Source: Gammaproteobacteria bacterium (GTDB taxonomy: Bacteria > Pseudomonadota > Gammaproteobacteria > Eutrophobiales > Eutrophobiaceae). From it: a DNA stretch of 64,000 bases. Positions 38,730 to 48,035 of this stretch are shown here, piece after piece. Numbering within the stretch: the stretch's first letter is position 1; every line of letters begins with the position of its first letter. The position numbers and the translations under genes were made by a program. The notes under the pieces were generated by a model, which saw only the letters and a list, made by a program, of their open reading frames with translations, did not search any database and had not been told where the DNA came from. Location: positions 1,216,001-1,280,000 of the forward strand of contig CBDCDS010000003.1 of NCBI GenBank assembly GCA_965215365.1, read 5' to 3'.

Positions 38730-40394
38730 CTATCCGCAATCATGTAACAGCAGTGCATGTCGGTTATACCCTTCCAACTCTTCCCGGCTGATTTTGAAAT
38801 TCTCCAGATTCATGCTCATGTACCTGTCAAAGTAACGTTTCAGTGATCGCTCTATGCCCGGGTCACAAGCCGGTTCCACCACATGGGTGGAGGTGATGGG
38901 CATGGCGCAGATCCGGCCGTTTTGCACGCACAGTTCGCCGCGCTTGAAGACGTATTGCGGGTGGGCGAACATGGTCTCGACATCGTCATCGGGCTGATAT
39001 ACGGTGATATCCGCAGTGGCGCCATGCCCCAGGTGACCCAGGTCTTTCAAGCCCAGACTGCGCGCCGGCGCGGCGCGGGTGATGATGGCAATCTCATACA
39101 GGGAATATTCCCGCTCAATGGAGCCCAGGATGCTGGCGTCGGCCGCGGCCGGGTTGATGGTGCTCAGCATATCATTGCGGAAACTCCGGTCCATGAGCAG
39201 CTTGATCAGGTGCGGGTAGGAGGTGAACGGTGCCCCGTTGGGATGGTCGGTGGTCATAAACACGCGCCAGGGGTCATCCGTCAGCAGAAAGATCTCCAGA
39301 CCGATGCACCATTGCAAGGCATTGACAAAATTCTTGTCGCGGTAGCGAAACGGCACCACGCCGCAACCGGCCTCGCATTCGATGTCCATACAGGTCCATT
39401 TGTGCGGGTGGGCATGGATGTGACCCTTATACTGCATCATGGTATCCGCCGATGCGGTGACCGTTTGGCCGAACATGATCTGGCCGACATCGATGGACAG
39501 GTTCTTGTGCCGGTTCACTGCCTCGGCGATGGCTGCGGCCGCAGAGGAGAATTTGCGGTCGCCCTCTTGCCCGTAACTGTGAAATTGCACATGCGTGACG
39601 TGCATGGGCCGCCCCTCGGCCGCGGCCATGGTATCAAGCGTAGTCTGGAAATTACCCGGCACGCCCAGGTTGCAGGCGTGCACATGCAGGGGATGCGGCA
39701 CCCCGAGCGTATCCAGCGCTTCGAGCAGGGCCGACAGGATGGCGCGTGGCGTCAGGCCATAATACCTGTTGTGTTCATCCAGGTCCAGCTTGCGCTGGTT
39801 GAACTTGAAGGCGCTGATGCCGCCGGGGTTCACCACCTTCACGCCCAGGGCCCGAGTCGCCCGGATCATCCAGGCTACGTAATCGTTGACCAGTTGCTGG
39901 TCCTTTTTCTGTTGCAGCAGGCGCAACAGAAAATCATCATTGCCCAGCAAGACGTAGGCGCCGGTATCCAGCATGGGTGTATCTGCCATCTCCAGGTGCG
40001 ACTGGCGCGCGTTCACCGGCATCATGGCCGGTTCAAAACAGGCGGTATAACCCATTTCCGCATAGCGATAGCCGGTAATGAAGCTGCTCGGAGCAATGGC
40101 GCCCGAACCGGAACGGAGCAGGGCGTCCGGCCCCGTCACGTGTGCGTTATGGTCTTCGGCCATTAACAACCTGGCGATGCTGATCTTGCCGCCACCGATA
40201 TGGGTATGGATATCAATCCCGCCCGGCATGACAATACACCCGCTCAGGTCAATGACCTGCCGTACCTTATCGGTCGCACTCGCAGCAACCAGCCTGCCGT
40301 CCTTGATGTATAAATCCATGATCCTGCCGTCCACCCCGTTGGCCGGATCATAAACCTTGCCACCGGCAAGTTTAATCATGCGTGGAGACTCCAT
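38730..40394 (-). CDS. fhcA: Formyltransferase/hydrolase complex subunit A
   Basis: GGIDIHTHIGG, KVVNPGG, NLGVPGN, TTDHPNGAPF. Confidence 0.95.
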   Translation of the reverse strand: MESPRMIKLAGGKVYDPANGVDGRIMDLYIKDGRLVAASATDKVRQVIDLSGCIVMPGGIDIHTHIGGGKISIARLLMAEDHNAHVTGPDALLRSGSGAIAPSSFITGYRYAEMGYTACFEPAMMPVNARQSHLEMADTPMLDTGAYVLLGNDDFLLRLLQQKKDQQLVNDYVAWMIRATRALGVKVVNPGGISAFKFNQRKLDLDEHNRYYGLTPRAILSALLEALDTLGVPHPLHVHACNLGVPGNFQTTLDTMAAAEGRPMHVTHVQFHSYGQEGDRKFSSAAAAIAEAVNRHKNLSIDVGQIMFGQTVTASADTMMQYKGHIHAHPHKWTCMDIECEAGCGVVPFRYRDKNFVNALQWCIGLEIFLLTDDPWRVFMTTDHPNGAPFTSYPHLIKLLMDRSFRNDMLSTINPAAADASILGSIEREYSLYEIAIITRAAPARSLGLKDLGHLGHGATADITVYQPDDDVETMFAHPQYVFKRGELCVQNGRICAMPITSTHVVEPACDPGIERSLKRYFDRYMSMNLENFKISREELEGYNRHALLLHDCG

Positions 40395-40401
40395 TGTTGC
40401 T

Positions 40402-40435
40402 GTTCGTCATTCCGGCGCAAGCCGGAATGACGAAC
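40402..40435. repeat. REP-like perfect palindrome
   Basis: GTTCGTCATTCCGGC-GCAA-GCCGGAATGACGAAC. Confidence 0.8.
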
Positions 40436-40467
40436 GAGGGGAGCACCGAATAACAGTTCGTTCTTCC

Positions 40468-41685
40468 TCATAACCGTTCAATAATTTGCTCGATAACTGC
40501 GGCGGCGCTGGGGGTGCCGCAGTCGCGCAGTTTTTGCAATGGCAAGGCGATGACCCCGTCGGTCCGGAACAGGTTGCCGCCGTGATCTAGCCCGGGCACG
40601 CCGGTGGGCAGATACACATCCGCCGCGCCGGCCCCGGCCTGGTGGGGGGAGAGGATGATAGTGGGCACCTCCGACGCCGGAGGGGGCTGCCTGCTAAAAC
40701 CTGAGACCCATAACAGGCAATCCGCGTCCGTTGCCGGCACCGCGTTGGCGGACGGGTGGCCGTTGGTGAAATTGATCCCGGCCGGAAAGCCGGTCTGCCA
40801 GGTGGCTACGCTCTGCCAAGAGGCGCCGCCGTTATTGCCGCCCAGCGCCAATCCGGCAAAGCGTTGCGTGACGTTCAAATCCCGCAGCAGGTCCAGGCAG
40901 GCGCCAATAATCAGCTCGGCCTGAGCCTGGGGCAGCGCCGCAGGGCTCCACACCAGCACCCCGTATTGCGCCTTGGCGACCATATCCACAAGCTGTTTGA
41001 GCTTGTCGCGTTCCGGCGCCGGCAGTTCAGTGGCGTCCGGCAGTTGCGGCTGTCTCAGCGCCGCGCGCAGCAGGGCCAGATGATTGGCAAGCCCGTGGCT
41101 CCTGCGGCTGGACAGCGCGACCCGCTGATGGGCCTCGCAGCCGTCCAGCTCGGTGCGGCCCGGTTTGCCCAGATAGCCCAGTTTTCTGTGTGGGCCGGCG
41201 AACAGCGCCTGCGCAGGATTGATGCAGCGTTCGATAAAGCGCGGGTGGCTGCCGGTGACGTTATTGCCGATGAAGAGCACGGTATCAGCCCGGTTTTTTA
41301 TCTCCCCCAGGGTCGTCATGATCCCGCCGCGGGCCTGTAGCGCCTGCAGATGCTGCAGTGCGTGGGGTTCCTGCTCATGCAACAGCGCCGCATCGATGCG
41401 TTCTGCCAGCCGCAGAGCCGCGCGCAATCCGTTCACGTCCGTGCCCAGGCCGGCAATCAGCGTCTTGCGGGATTTTTGCAGCAGCTGCGCGGCGCGCGTC
41501 AAGGCCCGCTCAAGCGGTGCCGCCACGCCGGCAATATGAGCTTCGGCAGCGGGCGCCGGCAGACTGAAACCTTGCCTGGCAAGTTTGCAGGCATTAGCGG
41601 AAACAGTCAGTCTTGACCCGCCGGCGCGTATCGACAAGTCGTCGCACAGCAGGCTGCAAAACGGGCAGGTGACATTTAACCTCAT
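40468..41685 (-). CDS. fhcB: Formyltransferase/hydrolase complex subunit B
   Basis: CPFCSLLCDDL, TTLGEIKNRAD, WQTGFP, FRTDGV..LPL. Confidence 0.92.
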   Translation of the reverse strand: MRLNVTCPFCSLLCDDLSIRAGGSRLTVSANACKLARQGFSLPAPAAEAHIAGVAAPLERALTRAAQLLQKSRKTLIAGLGTDVNGLRAALRLAERIDAALLHEQEPHALQHLQALQARGGIMTTLGEIKNRADTVLFIGNNVTGSHPRFIERCINPAQALFAGPHRKLGYLGKPGRTELDGCEAHQRVALSSRRSHGLANHLALLRAALRQPQLPDATELPAPERDKLKQLVDMVAKAQYGVLVWSPAALPQAQAELIIGACLDLLRDLNVTQRFAGLALGGNNGGASWQSVATWQTGFPAGINFTNGHPSANAVPATDADCLLWVSGFSRQPPPASEVPTIILSPHQAGAGAADVYLPTGVPGLDHGGNLFRTDGVIALPLQKLRDCGTPSAAAVIEQIIERL

Positions 41686-41692
41686 GCCGACA

Positions 41693-43057
41693 TCAATCAA
41701 GCAGTGCCAGCATCTCGCCGGTGGACGTGTATTTCTCTCGGGGTTTGCCGGTGGGTTCGCCGCGGGCGATCTCGGCGGCATCGATCTTTTTCCAGTCCTC
41801 AAAGCCGATATAACGCACCTTGCGCTCATTGAGCATCTCATAACAGGCTGCGGCGCCGCGCTTGCTTTCACCCTGGTCGAGTTTATCTAGGTCTTCCAGC
41901 AACATACTCACCGTCTCCACGCTGTCCGGCTTGTTGGTGCCAATGAGACCAGTGGGACCGCGCTTGATCCAGCCGGATGTGTACAAGCCGGCTGCAGCCA
42001 CGCCGTTCCTGATAATTCTGCCTCTGTCGTTGGCGAATACCCCGCGGGATTCGTCAAACGGCACCCCGGCCATGGGTATGCCGTGGTAGCCGATGCTACG
42101 GAACACGATACCGGTGTCCAAGGTGAAAGTCTCGCCACTGCCCCGTGCCTGCTGTGCGAAGGCCGCGCCGGACAAGGTATTTTTCTCCAGCAGCAAGCGC
42201 TGCACCCGGCGCTCGCCGACAATCTCCCGGGGACTCTTCAGAAAGGTAAAGATACAGCGCTTTTTTTTCGCTGCCGGGCGCTCGGCAAAACCGCAGAACA
42301 GGTCATAAACCCGTTTGCTGCCGGTATCGCTCAGTTCGGTTTCACTCGCCGGGTTCAGCGCCAGTTCCTCAGCGTCAAGCACCGGGTCGCAGGCCGCCAG
42401 ATCGTTGAATTCCCTCAGTTCCTTGTAGCTGAACTTGGCCTGTGCCGGCCCGCGCCGGCCGATCACGTAGATGTTCCTGATGTTGCTCTGCGCTAGCGCT
42501 GCTAAGGCATGTGCGGCAATGTCCGTGTGCTGCAATTCGTCCACGGTCTTGGCCAGTATGCGGCTCACGTCTGCGGCTACATTGCCCTGCCCGACGATCA
42601 CCGCAGTCTCATGTGACAGGTCAAATTGCCGGTCGCGATAGTCGGGGTGGCCGTTGTACCAGCCGACAAATTCTGTCGCCGTGTAACTGCCCGGCAGGTC
42701 TTCGCCGGGGATGCCCAGACGCCGGTCGGTCTCAGCTCCGCAGGTGAGAATCACCGCGTGGTGAGTGGCCCGCAACTCATCAACGCTGACATCCCGACCC
42801 ACCGTCACGTTGCCAATGTAATTGAACTGCTCCGCCTCGGCCAGCCTGGCATAGACCTTGATAGCCTGTTTCAGCTTGGGATGGTCCGGCGCCACGCCGC
42901 TGCGCACCAGACCATAAGGCGCGACCAGACGCTCAAATATGTTGATATTAACCGCAAGATCGGTCTTGAATAACGCATCAACGGCATAAAAGCCACTGGG
43001 CCCAGCGCCGACAATGGCAACCGTCAAGGGGTGTTCCGGGGTTCCTAATCGAGACAT
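41693..43057 (-). CDS. FprA/adrenodoxin-reductase-type ferredoxin-NADP+ reductase
   Basis: GAGPSGFY, PYGLVRSGVAPDH, FVGWYNGHP, GWIKRGPTG.IGTN. Confidence 0.92.
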   Translation of the reverse strand: MSRLGTPEHPLTVAIVGAGPSGFYAVDALFKTDLAVNINIFERLVAPYGLVRSGVAPDHPKLKQAIKVYARLAEAEQFNYIGNVTVGRDVSVDELRATHHAVILTCGAETDRRLGIPGEDLPGSYTATEFVGWYNGHPDYRDRQFDLSHETAVIVGQGNVAADVSRILAKTVDELQHTDIAAHALAALAQSNIRNIYVIGRRGPAQAKFSYKELREFNDLAACDPVLDAEELALNPASETELSDTGSKRVYDLFCGFAERPAAKKKRCIFTFLKSPREIVGERRVQRLLLEKNTLSGAAFAQQARGSGETFTLDTGIVFRSIGYHGIPMAGVPFDESRGVFANDRGRIIRNGVAAAGLYTSGWIKRGPTGLIGTNKPDSVETVSMLLEDLDKLDQGESKRGAAACYEMLNERKVRYIGFEDWKKIDAAEIARGEPTGKPREKYTSTGEMLALLD

Positions 43058-43212
43058 GCGACGCTATGACTTCTCTTGTTAAGTGGGGCAAGCAAAGGAG
43101 CGATGGTAGCAGAGCTATGAAAGCGCTGCAACCGTCATCAGCAACTCTGAATTGAATCCGAACCCACAGCTGCCTCTCCCGAAGGAGAGGTATGCTATAC
43201 CATGCGGGTTCG

Positions 43213-43503
43213 TTACAGGCGAAGGTGGTAACGCTCAACGTTAATCCCATTTTGTTTGCTACGGGCTTGTGCAAGATCGTAGGTGGTTTGTCGGCGTAGC
43301 CAGAATTCGGCGTTGGACCATCCTGCCATCTCCAACCGTATAGCCATTTCCGGTGAGATGCCTGCACGGCCATTGAGCACGCGGGAAAGTGTATGACGCG
43401 CTACCCCCAGGATCTTGGCTGCTTTGGTGACGTTCAGCCCGAGAGGCAGCAGGCAGTTTTCCTTGATGCTGTGACCGGGATGTGGTGGATTCTTCATAGC
43501 CAT
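43213..43503 (-). CDS. higA: HigA-family antitoxin (orphan)
   Basis: [20 protein letters not shown]...NG...IS.EMA.RL, WL..Q..YDL. Confidence 0.88.
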   Translation of the reverse strand: MAMKNPPHPGHSIKENCLLPLGLNVTKAAKILGVARHTLSRVLNGRAGISPEMAIRLEMAGWSNAEFWLRRQTTYDLAQARSKQNGINVERYHLRL

Positions 43504-43584
43504 GGTTTTATGTCTCTCCTTGAACGCGGACACCTCCTTCTGCCCCTTAATATCAGAAAAGAGTGAATCAGAGGTTACTTTGCA

Positions 43585-43890
43585 TCAAAAACCCAGGGCC
43601 GCCTTCCTCTCTTCCGCACCGGGTAGCGGGTCCATGCTATCGGTGATGACCGGCAGTAACTTGGAACGTTCCGCGTTAATGGCTATCCACTCGTGCTTGT
43701 CTGCGGGCAGGTCGTCTTCTTCATAGATGGCCTCGACCGGGCATTCCGGCAGGCAGGCACTGCAATCTATGCATATCTCCGGGTCGATGTACAGCATCTG
43801 ATCGTCATAGTGGAAGCACTCCACCGGGCAGACTGTGACGCAGTCGGTAAAACGGCAGTCTTTGCAGTTGTCGGTTACGATGGTTGGCAT
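43585..43890 (-). CDS. FdxA-type dicluster ferredoxin
   Basis: C.DC.FTDCV.VCPV.CF, CIDC.AC.PECPV. Confidence 0.92.
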   Translation of the reverse strand: MPTIVTDNCKDCRFTDCVTVCPVECFHYDDQMLYIDPEICIDCSACLPECPVEAIYEEDDLPADKHEWIAINAERSKLLPVITDSMDPLPGAEERKAALGF

Positions 43891-44007
43891 GATGATCTCC
43901 GGTATTGGCTGATATTCGGTACGGTCAGACGCTTGCTTGGACCTATTATACCCCAGCTAAGGGGCATTGCCCGGCGTATAGTAATATTTCCCCCGGTTCA
44001 ACTCAAT

Positions 44008-44045
44008 ACAAGGCAACAAGCGACTTGGTGAGATATGCGGGTTAA
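44008..44045. mobile_element. Family A MITE end fragment
   Basis: ACAAGGCAACAAGCGACTTGGTGAGATATGCGGGTTAA. Confidence 0.85.
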
Positions 44046-44205
44046 AGGTCCCACAACTTGTCATTTACATCCAAAGCCAGTAGCATCTGCACTGTTACGG
44101 AGAAAAGGCCATGACCGCCACGTTTGCAATCATCATCAATCAATCGCCCGTGCTGACTCGCCCCGGACTGACAGCTGACGAGGCGCCTTGTCTTGACGCC
44201 GCAGT

Positions 44206-45195
44206 GTGGTTCTGAACAGGTCAATATCACCTGGAAAGAGTGCTGGCAGTGTCCCGGACTCGGTGAGGATCACCGCGCCGGCGCGCCTGCACCTGGGTTT
44301 TTTGGGCCTGGATGGCGCCGAGCAGGGGCGCTTTGGCAGTATCGGCGTTGGCATCACGGGGTTTTCCACGACGATAGTGGCCAGCCGTAGCGCGCGCGTG
44401 GTGGTCGAAGGGGATGATGCCGGGCCTGTCGCCGGCGCCATTCAAACCCTGCTGGAGCATTACCACATTGACACCGGGCTTAAGGTACGGGTGGAACAAA
44501 GCATTCCCCGCCATCAGGGCTTGGGTTCCGGCACCCAGCTGGCGCTGGCGCTGGGGACTGCCATCAGCGCCTTGTATGGCCTCAACGCCAGTGTCGAAGA
44601 CCTCGCCGTGGCAACCGCTCGGGGGCGGCGCTCCGGGATCGGTCTGGGCGTGTTCCGGCACGGTGGTTTTATCGTGGACAGCGGCAGGTCGCCGGGGCAG
44701 GCGCTGCCAACCATGGTACTGCGCCATGATTTTCCGGCGTCGTGGCGTCTGCTCCTGGTCCTGGACCCCCAGGCCCGGGGTCTCAGCGGCGCCGCCGAAC
44801 GCAACGCCTTCAAAGCATTGCCGGCGCTGCCGACGGAAGTCGGCGCGGCGCTTTGTCAGCAGGTCCTGATGCACCTGCTGCCGGCGCTCCTGGAACAGGA
44901 TTGCGACCGTTTCGGCGCGGCCGTCAGCAGCATACAGGCGCGCCTTGGCGCCTGTTTCAGCGCCGCGCAGGGGGGATTGTATGCCAGCAACAAGGTGCGA
45001 CAAGCGCTGGAGTTGCTGGCGCCGCGCCATGCTACCGGTATCGGCCAGACTTCCTGGGGTCCCACCGGCTTTGCCATCTTCCCGGATCACGACTGCGCCC
45101 AACGAGCTGTGGCAGCACTGGCCCGGGAGCGCCTCGAAGTGAACCTTGTCAGTGTCGGCGCGCAGAACAACGGCGCCAGTATTGCTTCCATTTGA
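44206..45195 (+). CDS. mptG: Beta-ribofuranosylaminobenzene 5'-phosphate synthase
   Basis: APARLHLGF, GHMP motif PRHQGLGSGTQ, RSGIG, GQTSWGPT. Confidence 0.92.
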   Translation: MVLNRSISPGKSAGSVPDSVRITAPARLHLGFLGLDGAEQGRFGSIGVGITGFSTTIVASRSARVVVEGDDAGPVAGAIQTLLEHYHIDTGLKVRVEQSIPRHQGLGSGTQLALALGTAISALYGLNASVEDLAVATARGRRSGIGLGVFRHGGFIVDSGRSPGQALPTMVLRHDFPASWRLLLVLDPQARGLSGAAERNAFKALPALPTEVGAALCQQVLMHLLPALLEQDCDRFGAAVSSIQARLGACFSAAQGGLYASNKVRQALELLAPRHATGIGQTSWGPTGFAIFPDHDCAQRAVAALARERLEVNLVSVGAQNNGASIASI

Positions 45196-45266
45196 TGCTG
45201 ATAGGTTCGGAGCTGACCGGTGCCGGCTCAGGTCGGGCCACAACTATTGCAAGCGCTGTAAAAAAA

Positions 45267-45296
45267 TTGAATTTTTTTTATCCGTTGCGGTATAAT
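45267..45296 (+). promoter_or_regulatory. Putative sigma70 promoter of mch
   Basis: TTGAAT-18 nt-TATAAT. Confidence 0.55.
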
Positions 45297-45388
45297 GCCA
45301 GACCTTACCGGTGTTGGTGCAGCCTTGCCGGCCAAAGCAACCATTCTCCAGAACAAACGAACCGAGGTTTATGCGGATCATGAGCGTT

Positions 45389-46414
45389 ATGTCAGCGGAA
45401 ACAAACGATAGTAAAGGCAGGAATCACTTAGCCAACACCCACAGCAGCTTGAGCATCAACGACCTGAGCATGCCGAAGGTCAACCATCTGGTCAGTTTTG
45501 CCCACGGTCTGGGTTTGAATACCCGGCGCACGGAGAACGGCAGTTTGTTGATCGATGCCGGTATCGACAGCTATGGCAGCATTGAGGCCGGGCGGCAGAT
45601 CGCGGAGATTTGTCTGGGCGGTCTGGCCACGGCCAAATTACGCGCCGCGCGCGACTACCAGAACTGGCCCTGGCATGTGGATGTGCATACCAGCCATCCG
45701 GTCATCGCCTGTCTGGCCAGCCAGTATGCCGGTTGGAGCCTGTCCCACGGGCAGGGCAACAGCACCTTCAATGCGCTGGGGTCCGGCCCGGCCCGGGCGT
45801 TGGGCAGCAGGGAGCCGTTACTGGCCGAGATCGGCTATCGCGACGAGGCCGATGCTACCTGCATCGTGCTGGAAGTGGATCGGATTCCGCCGGTTGAGAT
45901 CGCCGACAAAATTGCTGAACGCTGCCGGATTACGCCGGAAAACCTGACCCTGATCCTCACGCCCACCTCCAGTCTGGCCGGTGCCGTGCAGGTTGTCGCC
46001 CGGGTGTTTGAATCGGCGCTGCATAAGGCTCATACACTGAATTTCCCACTTGATGAAATCGTGGATGGCATGGGCACGGTGCCCTTATGTCCGCCCTCGC
46101 CGGATTTCCTCACCGCTATGAGTCGCACCAATGATGCCATTTTGTTCGGCGGCCATGTCCATTTGTTCATCAGTAGCGGCGATGAGGATGCCGAAGATCT
46201 GGCCCGGCACCTGCCCAGCAATACCTCGAAGGACTACGGCCGGCCGTTTGCCGAGGTGTTCAAGGATGCCGAATTCGATTTCTACAAGCTCGACCCCATG
46301 CTGTTCAGCCCGGCCCGGGTGACCGTCAGCTCGTTGCGCACCGGACACTCGTTCCAGGCCGGCGATGTCAACATGCAGGCCTTAAACCGGTCGTTTACCA
46401 ATATTTTCAGTTAG
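45389..46414 (+). CDS. mch: Methenyl-H4MPT cyclohydrolase (start uncertain)
   Basis: ACLASQYAGW, GSGPARAL, TNDAILFGG, DFYKLDPMLFSP. Confidence 0.95.
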   Translation: MSAETNDSKGRNHLANTHSSLSINDLSMPKVNHLVSFAHGLGLNTRRTENGSLLIDAGIDSYGSIEAGRQIAEICLGGLATAKLRAARDYQNWPWHVDVHTSHPVIACLASQYAGWSLSHGQGNSTFNALGSGPARALGSREPLLAEIGYRDEADATCIVLEVDRIPPVEIADKIAERCRITPENLTLILTPTSSLAGAVQVVARVFESALHKAHTLNFPLDEIVDGMGTVPLCPPSPDFLTAMSRTNDAILFGGHVHLFISSGDEDAEDLARHLPSNTSKDYGRPFAEVFKDAEFDFYKLDPMLFSPARVTVSSLRTGHSFQAGDVNMQALNRSFTNIFS

Positions 46415-46452
46415 CCCGCATATCTCACCAAGTGATGCGAACATCGCGCCGG
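46411..46452. mobile_element. Family A MITE end fragment overlapping the mch stop codon
   Basis: TTAGCCCGCATATCTCACCAAGTGATGCGAACATCGCGCCGG. Confidence 0.85.
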
Positions 46453-47321
46453 CTGACCTTGCCGCCCTGGTATATGACTGTTTCCTGCATGATACCAATG
46501 CGTTAAAGCCCGGTAACGTCGGCCGGCACGGGGCCGGGCACGGCATGGACTGCGCCGACTTTATGCGTAGCGCCGAGGTCGTTGCTCCGCTCCTGTGCGA
46601 TCCTGCGCGCAGGCTCGGCGAGCGTATCCTGGCCAGCGTTGAAGCCACCCGCGTCGCGGTGGGGTGCAATACCAACTTAGGTATGATCCTGTTGCTTGCG
46701 CCTATTATCCGGGTGTATGAACAGCACGGCTCCACGGCTCACTTCCGCCCTCGGCTGCGCGCCGCCCTGCGCGCCCTGGGGCGCGGGGAGTCACAGGATA
46801 TCTTCACCGCCATCCGTCACGCCAACCCGGGCGGACTGGGCCGGGTCGAACGCCATGACGTAAACGCACTGCCGGATATCGATGTTGGCGCGGCCATGGA
46901 GGCCGCTAAGGACTACGACCTGATTGCCCGGCAATACGCCAACAGCTATCGGGAAGTGGCAGGTCCGGGCGTAAACTGCTTGCAAAAATACCACCGCAAG
47001 TGGCGAAGTGTTGAGTGGGCGGTTGTTTCCTGCTATCTTATGTACTTGGGGAGCTTTGCGGATTCTCATATTCGTAGAAAACACGGAAGCGGCATTGCGC
47101 AGGAAGTGCAGGACAGAGCAATTCCCCTGTTTCAGCAGTTTGTGGGTTACGATAATCCGGAACATGCAAGAGAAGTATTATTGAGCTTTGACAGGGAACT
47201 CAAAGAAGCAGAGCTGAATCCGGGCGCCTGCGCGGACCTGACGGTGGCCAGCTTGTTGTTGTATCGGCTCGGTTGGGACTGTCGGTCGGTACAGCCGGTG
47301 GCGAGCGCCGGACAGGATTGA
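46452..47321 (+). CDS. CitG-like triphosphoribosyl-dephospho-CoA synthase family (Orf7); true start unclear, first ATG at 46545
   Basis: KPGNV upstream of first ATG, NTNLG..LL.AP, DSHI.RKHG, NPG..ADL. Confidence 0.85.
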   Translation, partial: ADLAALVYDCFLHDTNALKPGNVGRHGAGHGMDCADFMRSAEVVAPLLCDPARRLGERILASVEATRVAVGCNTNLGMILLLAPIIRVYEQHGSTAHFRPRLRAALRALGRGESQDIFTAIRHANPGGLGRVERHDVNALPDIDVGAAMEAAKDYDLIARQYANSYREVAGPGVNCLQKYHRKWRSVEWAVVSCYLMYLGSFADSHIRRKHGSGIAQEVQDRAIPLFQQFVGYDNPEHAREVLLSFDRELKEAELNPGACADLTVASLLLYRLGWDCRSVQPVASAGQD

Positions 47322-47407
47322 TAGACCTTACGGAGGTTTATTACATGTTTAAGATTCTTGACAAACTTTGTAGCATTTTTAAATCCGAAGAAGAAGGAGG
47401 TAATGAA

Positions 47408-47920
47408 ATGGCTGTAATCGATAGAGTACTTGTTGGTGAAGCGCTGGTGGGGGACGGTAATGAGGTTGCCCATATCGACCTGATCATGGGGCCCCGCGGC
47501 AGCGCCGCAGAGACCGCGGCTTGCAACGCGCTGACCAACAATAAAGACGGTTTCACATCGCTGCTGGCAGTTGTCTCGCCCAATCTGGCGTGTAAACCGA
47601 CTACGGTGATGTTCAACAAGGTCACCATCAAAGGCGCCAAGCAGGCGGTGCAGATGTTCGGCCCGGCTCAGCGCGCAGTGTCCATGGCAGTCATGGATTG
47701 CGTGGAGGATGGCACCATCCCTGCCGATGAAGCGGATGATGTTTACATCTGCGTTGGCGTTTTCATCCACTGGCTGGCCGAGGACGATGCCAAAATCCAG
47801 GACTACAACTACGAGGCTACCAAGATGTCCATCAAACGCGCCGTAGCGCGCGAACCCAAGGCGTCTGAGGTACTGAGTAAGCGCAGTGATGCGGAGCACC
47901 CGTTTCAGGCTCACTCGTAA
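47408..47920 (+). CDS. fae: Formaldehyde-activating enzyme (alternative in-frame start at 47345)
   Basis: [42 protein letters not shown]. Confidence 0.97.
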   Translation: MAVIDRVLVGEALVGDGNEVAHIDLIMGPRGSAAETAACNALTNNKDGFTSLLAVVSPNLACKPTTVMFNKVTIKGAKQAVQMFGPAQRAVSMAVMDCVEDGTIPADEADDVYICVGVFIHWLAEDDAKIQDYNYEATKMSIKRAVAREPKASEVLSKRSDAEHPFQAHS

Positions 47921-47939
47921 GCGCACACTTGGGCGCAAT

Positions 47940-47972
47940 AAAAAAAACCCCGGCCGGTGCCGGGGTTTTTTT
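47940..47972. terminator. Bidirectional terminator
   Basis: AAAAAAAACCCCGGC-CGGT-GCCGGGGTTTTTT. Confidence 0.9.
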
Positions 47973-48035
47973 GTTGCGCCCGCCCTATGCCGGCACTCTT
48001 GCCAGGCGCCACTGCGCGCCTGACCCTAGGTACAT

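Noticed and set aside
38883-40166. Long antisense ORFs (also 9465-10418, 44227-45243, 54512-55453)
   Set aside because: Shadows of well-supported genes in high-GC DNA with no recognisable motifs.
44111-44215. 34-aa ORF MTATFAIIINQSPVL... with an SD-like motif before mptG
   Set aside because: Too short and no recognisable motif; may be a relic.
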